From: Macrostomum hystrix
Taxonomy: Eukaryota; Animalia; Platyhelminthes
Direction: 5' to 3'
Length of the DNA: 64,000 nucleotides
Assembly (NCBI GenBank): GCA_950097015.1
Contig: CATNEN010000039.1
Span: 10,168,001-10,232,000 of the forward strand
Numbering within the stretch: position 1 is the stretch's first letter; every line of letters starts with the position of its first letter. Of the stretch, positions 46,140 to 57,963 are shown in pieces. The notes below the pieces were generated by a model, which was given only the letters and a program-made list of their open reading frames with translations, was not told the DNA's origin and ran no database searches. The position numbers were made by a program, and so were the translations under genes.

Positions 46140-46889
46140 TTAAGCACTGCTATTTGTCGCTGCCGTCACTGCTTCAGTCTTTGAAGTCGTGGCCGCTGGC
46201 TGTGTCGTCACGTCCACAACAGTTAATTCAAATTCAATCGCCCCCGCAGACTCCTTACAGAACGCGGTCTCCATCGCCGTCGTTGTCTCCGTCGCCAACG
46301 CGGTCTCCATCGTCGTCGTTGTCTCCGTCGCCAACGCGGTCTTCATCGCCGTCGTTGTCTCCGTCGCTAACCCGGCTTCCATCGCCGTCGGATCCTGAAT
46401 TGTCAGCGCGGTCTCAATCACCGTCGCTGCCTGCGTCGTAAACCCGTTCGTCATCGCCGTTGCAGCCTCCAAAACGGTTGCAGCCGGTGCTTTCGGTTTC
46501 CCCAGGACGCACTGGCTCTTGCCCAGACGCACCTTCAGCAGTGGCATAAACTCGAGCAGGACTTGAGCAGGCACAAACACGCGACTACCTCCGATTGTGG
46601 CTGCGGAAGCATCCGAGGAGGCGAGCCGCTTCACGAGCAGCCGGTGAACGCCGGGCCTCAGAGCTCTGTCTGGCACAATCAGTTGGCATTCCAGTGGTTC
46701 TGAAGCGCTGCCGCGCAGCCAGGCTGATGGCGTTGCCGATTTCGGCTGCTCATTCAGCGGCTGCTTAACGCAGCAACAGGGGCAGCAGCAGCGGCAGCAA
46801 CAGCAGAAGCAGTTTGTACTGCAGCCGTTCTCGGCAATGGGACCACTGGCGGCTGAGTGTTTTGAGATTGCGCCATCTAAAAAATTCAT
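46140..46889 (-). CDS. Hypothetical protein with Cys string and 12-aa T/A/E repeats (possibly spliced to downstream exons)
   Basis: 249-aa GC-rich ORF containing CFCCCCRCCCPCCC and (TETTTAMETALA)n. Internal donor T|GTAAGG at 46259/46258 and an exon ending at 45975 suggest further exons. Confidence 0.5.
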   Translation of the reverse strand: MNFLDGAISKHSAASGPIAENGCSTNCFCCCCRCCCPCCCVKQPLNEQPKSATPSAWLRGSASEPLECQLIVPDRALRPGVHRLLVKRLASSDASAATIGGSRVFVPAQVLLEFMPLLKVRLGKSQCVLGKPKAPAATVLEAATAMTNGFTTQAATVIETALTIQDPTAMEAGLATETTTAMKTALATETTTTMETALATETTTAMETAFCKESAGAIEFELTVVDVTTQPAATTSKTEAVTAATNSSA

Positions 46890-47807
46890 TGCACCAGCCG
46901 TTTCTCCGTAGAAAGCACGCCATTAGTATCGGGAGCTCATTTTGATGTTTAAATCCAAGACTCAATGCAACTTTTTGTCGCGATTCGGTCGTTGTGTCTC
47001 ATTGGCTGCTAAGACTGTCATAGACAATTAGTTCACCTTCGAGATCTAGATCAAATATTTCTTTATTTAATTATTTCTTTATTTGCCTATCTGATTAATC
47101 AGATATATTTAATCAGATGCCTTTAACAAACATGTATTTGCTATGCATTGGCCAAGGACCACTAGAAGAAGAAGGACGGGAAACTTCGTTTCTTGGAAAA
47201 TTTAATAAAGGCAGATTTTCACGGAAAATGCATTAGCGGGAAAGGGGAAATTTTCACTTTTCACATTTAAATTCTTTAAATATATCTTGCAAACCTGTTT
47301 CTTGAACAAATTTTAGAAAGCTTCATTCATTAATAATTGATCTTCATTTTATTTTCCGTTTTTTATCATGAAGCACAATAGCAACCGATAAGAGATAAAG
47401 ATAGAAGAGATACACAGATACTTTATTAGAAAGTGGCTGTACGCTCGTAAACCTGATTTAGTCACTAGATAGCTTGTGACTAGCTATTGTGCTTAATGAT
47501 AAATTAAACACTAAATCAATCTTCTATCAGTGCTTCATGAATAAAAATTTGGAGGATGAGAACTACCGAGTTTATTTTAAAATATAGTTTTCACTGCGAC
47601 AGCAACGGCATATAGAAATACTTAATGTACTCGCTCTACCGTAAGTATGAAGTACAGAATTCGCGAGTGACTTCGCCTCCGGGCCGTCAACGAGCGGGCT
47701 GCCGACCTCTGATGCCTCGACCGAGTGTTGGCCAATTTAACTGCCACGGGCACCTGATGCCGATTTCCTGGCTGATGACGTCAACGCTTTTTTTAAATCC
47801 GGCGACT

Positions 47808-47838
47808 CTACGTTGTTGTTGTTGTTGTTTTGTCAAAA

Positions 47839-47881
<43 letters not shown>

Positions 47882-50800
47882 CTGAGCTCTTGTTACTAAT
47901 GTTTTCCTCTCCCATTGTTGTTGCGACTTTGGCAAAAACAGGGGCCTCCTCGTTGCTGGCATCCGAGTCGAATACTATCATCGAGGTGTGCAACGCCGCC
48001 TGGCAGTACATTCGACACGGCAACACAGCCAGCTCGACTATCTGGTGTCCCGTCGACTTCACAGCTGGCACATGCAGCGATGACGGCGACGTCGACGAAG
48101 AAAAAGAAGGCGCCGAAGAAGCAGAATTCGATCGTCGGAGCAGTTGTGTGAGCAGGCGACGGCATCGAATGAGGCTTTGCTCTTCGGTCATTGCTTTCAA
48201 CCTTTGGCGTGTGTTTTTTTCGCTCCTCTGGCGAGCCCGCGAATGCAGCGCAGTAGCTGCCACCTGAGCGAATTTCGTGCTGATTGTGGGCTCCAGGATG
48301 CCCGCGATGAAGTCGCAAGCCAGCAGAAGGCGGGGCTCTAGCGGATCGTGACGAATGTCGGAATGACCGAGACCGTCCGTTGCAACCGTTGGCGCCGCGA
48401 ACCAGCCGGTCGCTTCGTCGACGCAAATAGTCAAGCTGGCCAGCACAGACTGCGGGCCGCTGGCTGCGGACTGGTGGAAAGTTCTCAGTTGTTCGCCATA
48501 GAGGACTAGTTTAAGGGTTGCAATTTTTGTGCAGTTGAAGCTGTCGAGTTCGAAAGCTGAAGTTGCAACTTCGCCAAGCGGAAGCTCGCTACCGAACCAG
48601 GCTGTTGACTGCATCTTGGAGCTGGTGGTCGTCAGTATGTACTGGTGACTGCGCAGCCGCTGCAATGGTTGCAATCTCTCGAGCTGGCTGCTGAGGGTGC
48701 ACTGCATATTGCGCGCCCTTAGCACCGATTGCAGCGTCTGGATGAGGCAGAGCGCCTGCTCTCTGGCGCTCCAAGAGTCTCCGTCGTCGCTAATCAGTAG
48801 CATCGGTTGGCCGGCGTTTTTATCGGCTTCGAGACTGTGTTCGCAGACAAAGAACTCGCTCCAGTCGGGCAGTTCAGCAGCATCCAGTACTCGAGTGGCC
48901 AGCTGAGAAATGATTGACAACTCGCATTGTGAAATGAAGCTGTAGTGCGAGTCGCCTACGTTCACAAGCGAACCGACCGAGTATCGCACTGCCGAGATTG
49001 CGGCGGCGCTGTTCATGTTTGGTTTCAGCAAATTCACTGGGCACAGCGAGACGATCTGCATAGCTGTTATCAGGTCGTTATCTGTCAGAGTTGCGTCTGT
49101 TTTTTCGTCCACTGGCCCCTGCATTGTCAAGCAGCGCGGGCTGTCAAATGACTGCTGACGTCCGCGACAGTGCCTAGCTGCTGAACCGTCTGCTCCTCTG
49201 TTACTACAGCGGCTGTCGTTGCTAACAATGAACTGCTTGCTGCTGCTGCTGGTCAAGCGGTCCTCCTGCACCCCGGGTTCTCGCTGAAAATGCTGCAGCG
49301 ACAGCAGCTCGGCAGTATCGACCCACTCCTCTGTGCCTTCAGACGGCACTGTATTTGTGCTGAAGCTGCGATGCTGTCCAATCGGCTGCCCGATTCGTCC
49401 GTTGCATGCCACCTGGCACAGCGTAGGCTGCTGCACATGCGCTAGACACTCAGCCTTCGCGTTGATATGTGACCAGGAACCATGGTTGCTGAAGCAAACA
49501 CTGACATCGTCGATAGACACATTTTTCAAAGTTGACACAGCAGAGCCTGATTTGACCTCCTCCGAGGTTGGGGTTAGGACTCGGCTGGCGTCGTTACGAG
49601 CGCCAGCCGACGTGAAGGTCAGTGAGCATTTTTGTCCGTTGTCCACAGAGACTTCAAGCTTCTGAGCTAGCCAGTCGCAGCTGCTGTTTGGGCTTTGCTC
49701 AGCGCCACTTTGCTCATTGCTTGCGTCGTCAAGCAGATCATGTTCCTTTTTGTAGGCCAGCTGCGCCATCGAGTATCGAATTCGAGAATTCGAGAGCGAC
49801 TGAAGTGTAGGCCACCACTGCAGCGCTTCCCCTTTACTCGAGTCTTCCATTTCATTCGAATTGTCGCTCTTTACTACGACCTCGATATCCTTCCCGGATG
49901 ACGAAGTCCGCTGCCTCGGCGTTCCGGCAACTATGAGGACTCCGTTGTCGCTTTGGGCAGCCGCTCTAGTCGACGCGACCTCAGTGCGCGCAACAGCACC
50001 TGACTCCTCCACAATCATGGACGGCAGCATCGCAGGTTGTTGCGCGCCGCTGCCATCATCAATGCATGCCTCCTCGGTACCTGTCAGCGATAACTGCATC
50101 AGTTGGGTCTCTGAAGCTTCCATGACTTTGTCCTTGTGCTTGACGCCGCCGCTTGTAGCGATGGGCGGCCGGTCCGGTTCCTGGCTCGTCTTCGGCACCG
50201 GCTCTCCGGGCGGCGAAGTCTCCGAGAAGGCTTCCAGCCCGACAAATTCCAGGCTGGAATCGCCTTTATCACTTTGCGTTGGTCTGTTCGCATCGAGCAG
50301 GTAGTTGCCATCAGATGTAACTTCTACGCTCGATGAGTTGCTGCGAACTATGTTGACGCTGCCGGCTGTGCGCGGCTTCGACTTGCGGTTCGGCATTTGA
50401 ACTGCTCGAAGGGGCGCCGCATTAAAAAGCGCGTTAGACGGCAGGAAGGCGCCGCAGACGAACCTGCAGCTCTGTGGTTGCGGCCCGCTGTCGTCGCGCT
50501 CCGGATATCCGAGCGTCGGCATCATGACAGTCGTCGAGGTGTCGGGAAGCAGCATGTTTTGCTTGGCTGGGAGTTTTGGTGATGACCAAATCTTTGACAC
50601 AGCCTGCAGACAGTCCTTCGGCGCGTAGACCCGCCCACTGAAGCGATAGTTGAACTCATGGCTGCTGTTCCTCAGCAATGTGCCGCCGCTGTAGTGACTG
50701 GCATCGGCGTGATCTCCGCAACTTGCAGCATCTTCAGCTCTTCCTCGGCTCTGATGGTCCAACCGGGATACCCTTGAAGTTGGCGTGGTCTCAGTGAAGC

Positions 50801-51041
50801 TGCTTGAAGCAGCCGAATCAGAACTTCTCGTGATATTTCGTGATTTACCCCCCTCAGCTTCATCAAGACGCTGAGAGCAGCTCGAACTGAATCGGCGACG
50901 TAGGATGGCAAACTGCCGTCGAACCCGGGTCAGACTGTCGCCAAGTCGGCGACGTAGTCTCAGGCGAGACGCTGCCAGGCTGAATGGTGACGGACTCCTT
51001 TGAGTCATGCGCCACACAGGCCCTGGTGTCGACCCCTGCAT
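47808..51041 (-). CDS. 1077-aa uncharacterised single-exon protein
   Basis: 3.2-kb uninterrupted, non-repetitive, GC-rich ORF. AATAAA on the minus strand near 47576. No recognised domain. Confidence 0.8.
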
Positions 51042-51754
51042 TGCTGGCCTGGCTAATTTGGTTTTTCAAGGAATTCACCTGATTATCGACAGCAGCGGAT
51101 TAGCACGTGCTGGCCATGTTGCTTCACTCTGCTTTTCTTTTTTTTAGAAATTTTAATTGAAATTGGGCTTCACTTAGATCCAAGCAACCGTCTATGGCTT
51201 TTTTCGCTGAAGAAGCGATCAAGCGATTGGCTGATTGTATAAGCAATTCAAATAGGGCAATCATGATTCTTAAATAAACTAAAGTTTTCCATTTTTAAAC
51301 TGTTGATTTTGAAACTGTTGATCTTATGGGTGAGATTTTGAGACTCGTAACTCAATTTTAGAGATTATGTTATTGATCTAATTTTGAAACGAGAACAATT
51401 TTACTGCTCAAATAATAATCTGATTTAAACGGCTCCCGGATGTAAAAATGAACCGTGGTCTTTCATCTGTGTTTCAACCACCGCTTTTAAGTTTCTCAAC
51501 CAATTGTTTTTTTTCCTCCCTTTGTGTTCTGATTAAAAACGCATTTTATTGCTGCCAGATTTCTGAAAATTAAATTGTTGCTTCAACAATGTGCATTGTA
51601 CGGTTTGAGTAGTTTTTTTCTATGAACCAATACGATTCGCTCTGGGATTGGCTCTCTCGTGGATGTGACAGTGTCATAGGGATAAGTACAACACACTCGA
51701 AGCCAATTATAACCGGCTTAGCCCCAGAGATACATGCTAATACAAGAGAATGCC

Positions 51755-51805
51755 GCTCACCTGATCAGCTCACCTGATCAGCTCACCTGATCAGCTCACC
51801 TGATC
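51755..51805. repeat. Four tandem 13-bp GCTCACCTGATCA units just upstream of the globin ATG
   Basis: Direct inspection. The reverse complement is TGATCAG|GTGAGC. Confidence 0.9.
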
Positions 51806-51835
51806 CTGTGTGCTCAGATTGCTTCCTAGAGCGGC

Positions 51836-54800
51836 ATGGGCTGCGCTTGCTCAACACCAATGTCCCGAGCGACCCGCGCGCCGCCGCGCACAGCGAAACA
51901 GAATTTGAACGATCAAATCGGCGACTACCTGACCGAGTCTCAGATTGCTTTGGTCAGGGAGACCTGGGGCATCCTGAGCGACGACTTGCCAGGAACTGGC
52001 GTGCTTATGTTCACCAAGTAAGGGAGCAAGGAAGGGAGCAGGTTGAAGGGAGCAGGTTGAAGGGAGTTGTGGAAGGGAGCAGGTTGAAGGGAGCCGATTG
52101 AAGGGAGCAGGTTGAAGGGAGCAGGTTGAAGGGAGCCGGTTTAAGGGAGCCTGTTGAATGGAGCAGGTTGAAGGGAGTAGATTGAAGGGAGCAGGGGAAT
52201 GGAGCAGGTTGAAGGGAGCAGGTTGAATTGAGCAGGTTGAAGGGAGCAGGTTGAAGGGAGCAGGTTGAAGGGAACAGTTTGAAAGAAGCCGGTTAAAGTA
52301 AGGGAGCAAGGAAGGGAGCAGTGGAAAGGAGCAGGTTGAAGGGAGCAGGTTGAAGGGAGTTGTGGAAGGGAGCAGGTTGAAGGGAGCCGATTGAAGGGAG
52401 CAGGTTGAAGGGAGCAGGTTGAAGGGAGCCGGTTTAAGGGAGCCTGTTAAATGGAGCAGGTTGAAGGGAGTAGGTTGAAGGGAGCAGGTTGAAGGGAGTT
52501 GTGGAAGGGAGCAGGTTGAAGGGAGCAGGGGAATGGAGCAGGTTGAAGGGAGCAGGTTGAATTGAGCAGGTTGAATTGAGCAGGTTGAAGGGAGCAGGTT
52601 GAAAGGAGCAGGGAAGGGAGCAGGGGAAGGGAGAAGGTTGAAGGGAGCAGGTTGAAGGAAGCCGGTTGAAGGGGCTAGGTTGAAGGGAGCAGTTTGAAGG
52701 GAGTCGGTTGAAGGGGCCAGGTTGAAGGGAGCAGGTTGAAGGGAGCCGGTTGAAGGGGCTAGGTTGAAGGTCCAGTTTTTATTTTCCAATATCTACAGGC
52801 TATTTCAAACTGATCGCGAGCTCCGGGACATATTCTACCGTCTGATGGCCGCGGACTCGCCGCAAAAGCAGCAGTCGCAGCAGCCGAAGCATTCACAGGG
52901 ACTGGAGCAGTTGGGAAAGTTTGACAGGGAAAAGGTCGAACGACACGGACTGGCGGTTATGCAGTCGCTCGGTGCCGCCGTAGACTGCCTAGACGACACC
53001 CTCATGCTGAACTCGGTGTTGCTGTCTCTTGGCGGAGCGCACGGTGCGTTCGATGTCCGACCTGAGTACATGATGGTGAGTCGATTTTGCAGTCAGTTGA
53101 ACGGACTTGCGGTCGCTGTAATGACTTCAAATGACTGTCAAATATGCAAGTGATTTCTATGTCATTGTGTGACAACTGTGCGTTGTGAAATCATTGTGTG
53201 ACAACTGTGCGTTGTGAGATCATTGTGTGAGAACTGTGCGTTGTGAGATCATTGTGTGAGAACTGTGCGTTGTGAGATCATTGTGTGACAACTGTGCGTT
53301 GTGAGATCATTGTGTGAGAACTGTGCGTTGTGAGATCATTGTGTGAGAACTGTGCGTTGTGAGATCATTGTGTGACAACTGTGCGTTGTGAGATCATTGT
53401 GTGAGAACTGTGCGTTGTGAGATCATTGTGTGAGAACTGTGCGTTGTGAGATCATTGTGTGACAACTGTGCGTTGTGAGATCATTGTGTGACAACTGTGC
53501 GTTGTGAGATCATTGTGTGAGAACTGTGCGTTGTGAGATCATTGTGTGAGAACTGTGCGTTGTGAGATCATTGTGTGACAACTGTGCGTTGTGAGATCAT
53601 TGTGTGAGAACTGTGCGTTGTGGGATCATTGTGTGAGAACTGTGCGTTGTGAGATCATTGTGTGACAATTGTGCGTTGTGAGATCATTTTGTGACAACTG
53701 TGCGTTGTGGGATCATTGTGTGACAACTGTGCGTTGTGAGATCATTGTGTGAGAACTGTGCGTTGTGGGATCATTGTGTGAGAACCAATTTCGCTACCAT
53801 TTTGGCTTTTGTAAGTACAGTACTTTTGGTTGATATTCGGTATAGAGTACCACTTTTCTGAGCACAATTTCTGCACTAATTTCAAAAAATTCTATTAGCT
53901 AATTTGAAATTGTGCTACTGTCAGAATATTTTTAGATCCAGTGAAATTTTTCTAAATTTATTGTGACGCATGCAATGTTATAAGATAGGCCATTCAAGAC
54001 CTACCCCTGTACTAGACCATGAATAGAAAATAAAAACCGTTGCCTGTGCTGATAAATTAAAAGCTATTATTAAAACTATTTTTTGTTCTGAAATTCAATT
54101 TTTATAAACCGGCACAAGGCAGTGTCAACGACGGTCTTAAAAAATTGTTCTTTTTATTACAAAGCATTTCGCATAGTAACATGATTTAACAGACTCTGAC
54201 AGGTGGGGTGCGCATTCTGTCAGATGGGATGCGGATTCTGTCAGGTGAGATGCGGATTCTGTCAGGTGTGATGCGGATTCTGTCAGATGTGATGCGGATT
54301 CTGTCAGATAGGATGCGGATTCTGTCAGATAGGATGCGGATTCTGTCAGTTGGGATGCCGATTCTGACAGATGTGATGCGGATTCTGTCAGTTGGGATGC
54401 GGATTCTATCAGGTGGGATGCGGATTCTGTCAGGTGGGATGCGGATTCTGTCAGGTGACATGGGATTCTGTCAGATGGGATTCTGTCAGATGGGATTCTG
54501 TCAGATGGGATTCTGTCAGATGGGATTCTGTCAGATGGGATTCTGTCAGATGGGATTCTGTCAGGTGGGATTCTGTCAGGTGGGATTCTGTCAGATGGGA
54601 TTCTGTCAGATGGGATTCTGTCAGGTGGGATTCTGTCAGGTGGGATTCTGTCAGATGGGATTCTGTCAGATGGGATTCTGTCAGGTGGGATTCTGTCAGG
54701 TGGGATACTGTCAGTGCTGTATTTGCATTGGCATAGATTTCCTAGGCCCTTGTAATAGAAAGAAAACAACTGTAAGTGACTTCTTTTGTCCTCCTCCGCA

Positions 54801-56562
54801 AATTTCCCTTTTAACCCTATTTTCCTGGACTAGGAGATTCCGTTTTCGAGGCAAATTTAGCACAATTCAGTAGCCATGCAGGTCTGAACTGGATGCCCAG
54901 TTTGTTAATTTCACTTCCTGTCAAACAGTCAGGGACGAACAGAAATTAAAACACCTGCTGGGAAGCGGACGCTTAGGACGTGGTCAGAAACAGAAAAGCC
55001 GGGATTTCAAAAATATTTCTCCCAAACTGACAGATCCCATCCGTCGATTTACTGTACCTGAAGTACTTGAAGTACTTGAAGTACTTGAAGTACTTGAAGT
55101 ACCTGAAGTACCTGAAGTACTGTACTTTACCTGTACCTGAAGCTCTATTTACCCCGCCTGAAGCTCCACCGGCTGTCCCTGAAGCTCAATTTTTCATCCT
55201 GTAGCCCCGCTTCCTGTCACTGAAACTCCGCCGCCTGTCCCTGAAACTCCACCGCCTGTCCCTGAAGCTCCATTTTTCATCCTGAAGCCCCGCCTCCTGT
55301 CACTGAAACTCCGCCGCCTGTCCCTGAAACTCCACCGCCTATCCCTGAAACTTCATTGCCCGTCCTGAAGCGCCACCGCCTGTCCCTGAAGCTCCATTTT
55401 CCATCCTGAAGCTCCACCACCTGTCCCTGAAACTCCGCCGCCTGTCCCTGAAACTCCGCCTGTCCCTGAAACTCCGCCGCCTGTCCCTGGAACTCCACCT
55501 GTCCACGAAATCCCTCCGCATGTCCCAGTAACCACTATTTCTTGTCCCTGAAACTCCCATTTAGTTACCATCAAATACTCAGAGCTCTTATCTCATGCTA
55601 GAAACTTAACTTATCTTACTAGGGTTAATCTACTGCTCTGACTAATTACCAAGAATATGCCCGAGTTAAGAGTGTATCGAACATGACAGCCTTTTACCTG
55701 GACTTGATTGATCCTGTCAGATTATGAAGAACTGATCTAAAGTGTCCCGCTGTTTTTCTGTAGATCCCGGATCATGAAAAATCTTAACAAAAAGTAGCAC
55801 GATTCACGCGCGTGTAGCTTTGTACGCTTGTTTGCATCAATCAACGCCGACAAGCCTTCTGGGGGGCCTCTGATAGCTAGCTCATTGTGCTCTGGTTAGC
55901 CTCGCGGATCATTGTTCATAGGCAGTGCTTTTACCCACATTATAGTTTTCAACCAGCAAAATATTTGTTCCTAAAAAAGCTCACGGTGCCTGTGAAAGGA
56001 GCTTTCATCATTTGCTGCTCATCCTGGCACGCCAGAAATAACGATTTTTCACCGATTTAGATTTACTCAGTCATTTTATCAACAATGTATCTCTATTTAT
56101 ACAGCTTCAAGTGAAGGATGAAATGTCAAACACCAGAATGTTGAAATGAGTTGATCTTTTTAACTGAAAATATTAGCCGGCTTAGTTTCATGATGAAAGT
56201 TTGTGAGGAAAAAATCGTGCCTATATTGTTGAATTTCGCCACCAGAAACTCCGACGAGAATCGTTGAATATCTCGACTTTTAGCCTCTGTTTCGGATTTT
56301 AATGGCGATAGGTTGAATAGTTTCGGAGATACAGGAAAAAAAGAATTATAATGAATGTAATCCTTCGCCCGCAACACAGCGCCTGTGGCCGGCAGTCAGC
56401 TTTGCGCTGAAGGAACGCCTGGCCGACTGCTACACCGAGTCCGTTGACAGGGCCTGGCGCGAGGTGTTCAGCTATATCGCCGGCAAGATGACGGCCGGCA
56501 TGCGGCTTCAGCGTGCCTCAGCGGCTTCGGCGATGGACGGCCGCCAGCCATCTGGCCGTTGA
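51836..56562 (+). CDS. Globin-X-like / neuroglobin-like globin with N-terminal acylation motif, 3 exons, about 213 aa
   Basis: join(51836-52017,52799-53075,56380-56562). MGCACS start; LTESQIALVRETW (A helix), CD1 Phe (RDIF), distal His (ERHG), proximal His (LGGAHG) and AWREVF (H helix). Phase-2 and phase-0 introns sit at positions consistent with B12.2 and G7.0. Confidence 0.9.
52018..52770 (+). repeat. 14-bp G-rich minisatellite filling globin intron 1
   Basis: GAAGGGAGCAGGTT units starting at the donor GTAAGGGAGCAAGG, with a ~280-bp higher-order duplication. Confidence 0.95.
53162..53784 (+). repeat. 29-bp minisatellite in globin intron 2
   Basis: Tandem GAGATCATTGTGTGAGAACTGTGCGTTGT. Confidence 0.95.
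54197..54714 (+). repeat. 21-bp then 15-bp related minisatellites in globin intron 2
   Basis: GCGGATTCTGTCAGRTGGGAT contracting to GGGATTCTGTCAGRT. Confidence 0.95.
55053..55560 (+). repeat. 9-bp and ~21-bp degenerate repeats in globin intron 2
   Basis: (GTACTTGAA)n, then CCGCCTGTCCCTGAAACTCCA-like units. Confidence 0.8.
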
Positions 56563-56741
56563 ACTGGTCCGCTGACACAGCGCAAAGACTGAGTTCTGGG
56601 AGCAGATTTTGGGGCAGAGCACCATCAAAATATAAAACTTTCAATCCACAAATCATTTCTGGATATTGTAGTGCTGCATCGTTACTATAGGTTTGTCATC
56701 TTGCTTGCTATAAAAAACGAATAATCAATATTGCTAACTCA

Positions 56742-56980
56742 AAAATCCTTCACTACCGACTTACAAATCCTTCACTGCCTACTCACAAATCCTTCACTGC
56801 CTACTCACAAATCCTTCACTGCCTACTCACAAATCCTTCACTGCCTACTCACAAATCCTTCACTGCCTACTCACAAATCCTTTACTGCCTACTCACAAAT
56901 TCTTCACTGCCTACTCACAAATCCTTCACTGCCTACTCACAGATTCTTCACTGCCTACTCACAAATCCTTTACTGCTTAC
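56742..56980 (+). repeat. 22-bp minisatellite downstream of globin
   Basis: Tandem CACTGCCTACTCACAAATCCTT. Confidence 0.9.
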
Positions 56981-57963
56981 TCCCAATCCCACAACCTACT
57001 CACAATTTTCCCAACTCACAAATGCTACTGAACGATTAAAATTTCGTTGTAGTCTTCTACCAGGAAAAGCCCTATAGACATAGGTTAGTAATTAGCAGGT
57101 GACATCCTGTACTAAGAGGTATGTAGATCAATTTAAATTCTTTAACTTTCTGACTGTTAAGGAAAATTGCGCGTTTAACTTGACATCCATTTCTCTTGTT
57201 TGTTTTCCTGTTGCTTGCTCATTTCTTTTTGACTCTTTATTCTAAAAAACGTACTTTTAACTTGGAAAGTTCCACTTGATTTCCACTGGATAGTTCCACT
57301 CAAGTGGAACTATAAAGCCTGCGTACAGTATCTGTGTGCTTGTGTGCTCGGAGTCAGCGGAAGTCAGTGGAATGGACCGATAATTGCCTGATAATCGATA
57401 AGTGTCACCAAATTATTGTCAGTGCCCCCTGCCCTCCTGCAGATGTTATTCATAATACATTTTTCAGATAAAATTTTGTCCTAAATCGATTTATTTGCAA
57501 CCCTACTATAAGTAGCGCACAGATACTGCAGTTTTGTTGTTTGCTTGTAACATTTTAACTGTCTCCAGGTAACTGGTATTGGCGCTCTGCAAGTCTGAAT
57601 TTTTTTATATTCGAGGTATGTCAGGAATGTATATACGGTATGAGATTTAAACTAAATACATCAAGTACTTATGATTTCTGTTGTTTAAAACGTTTTGCTT
57701 TTATCCAGTCAACTCAAACAAATAAACAAACAAGCAAAGCTACATCAGTGATCATTTAAACAGGCTGAAAGAGAAAAGCCTAGTGGTACGCCTCCTCAAT
57801 CTCGTTGAATTTTGAACAGCGTATTTTGCTTTTCTACTTTTTTATTTTTTATTACCTTAGTTCCCGTAAAACAGCACGACAGTTAAAAAAACTAAAACAA
57901 AATAGGATTATACAGCCAATTTGTGGTCAGTTTGAGTCGCTAATTTGGTCAGTCTATTCCACA

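Noticed and set aside
51851-55574. 312-aa, 210-aa and 221-aa repeat ORFs
   Set aside because: Translations of globin intron minisatellites.
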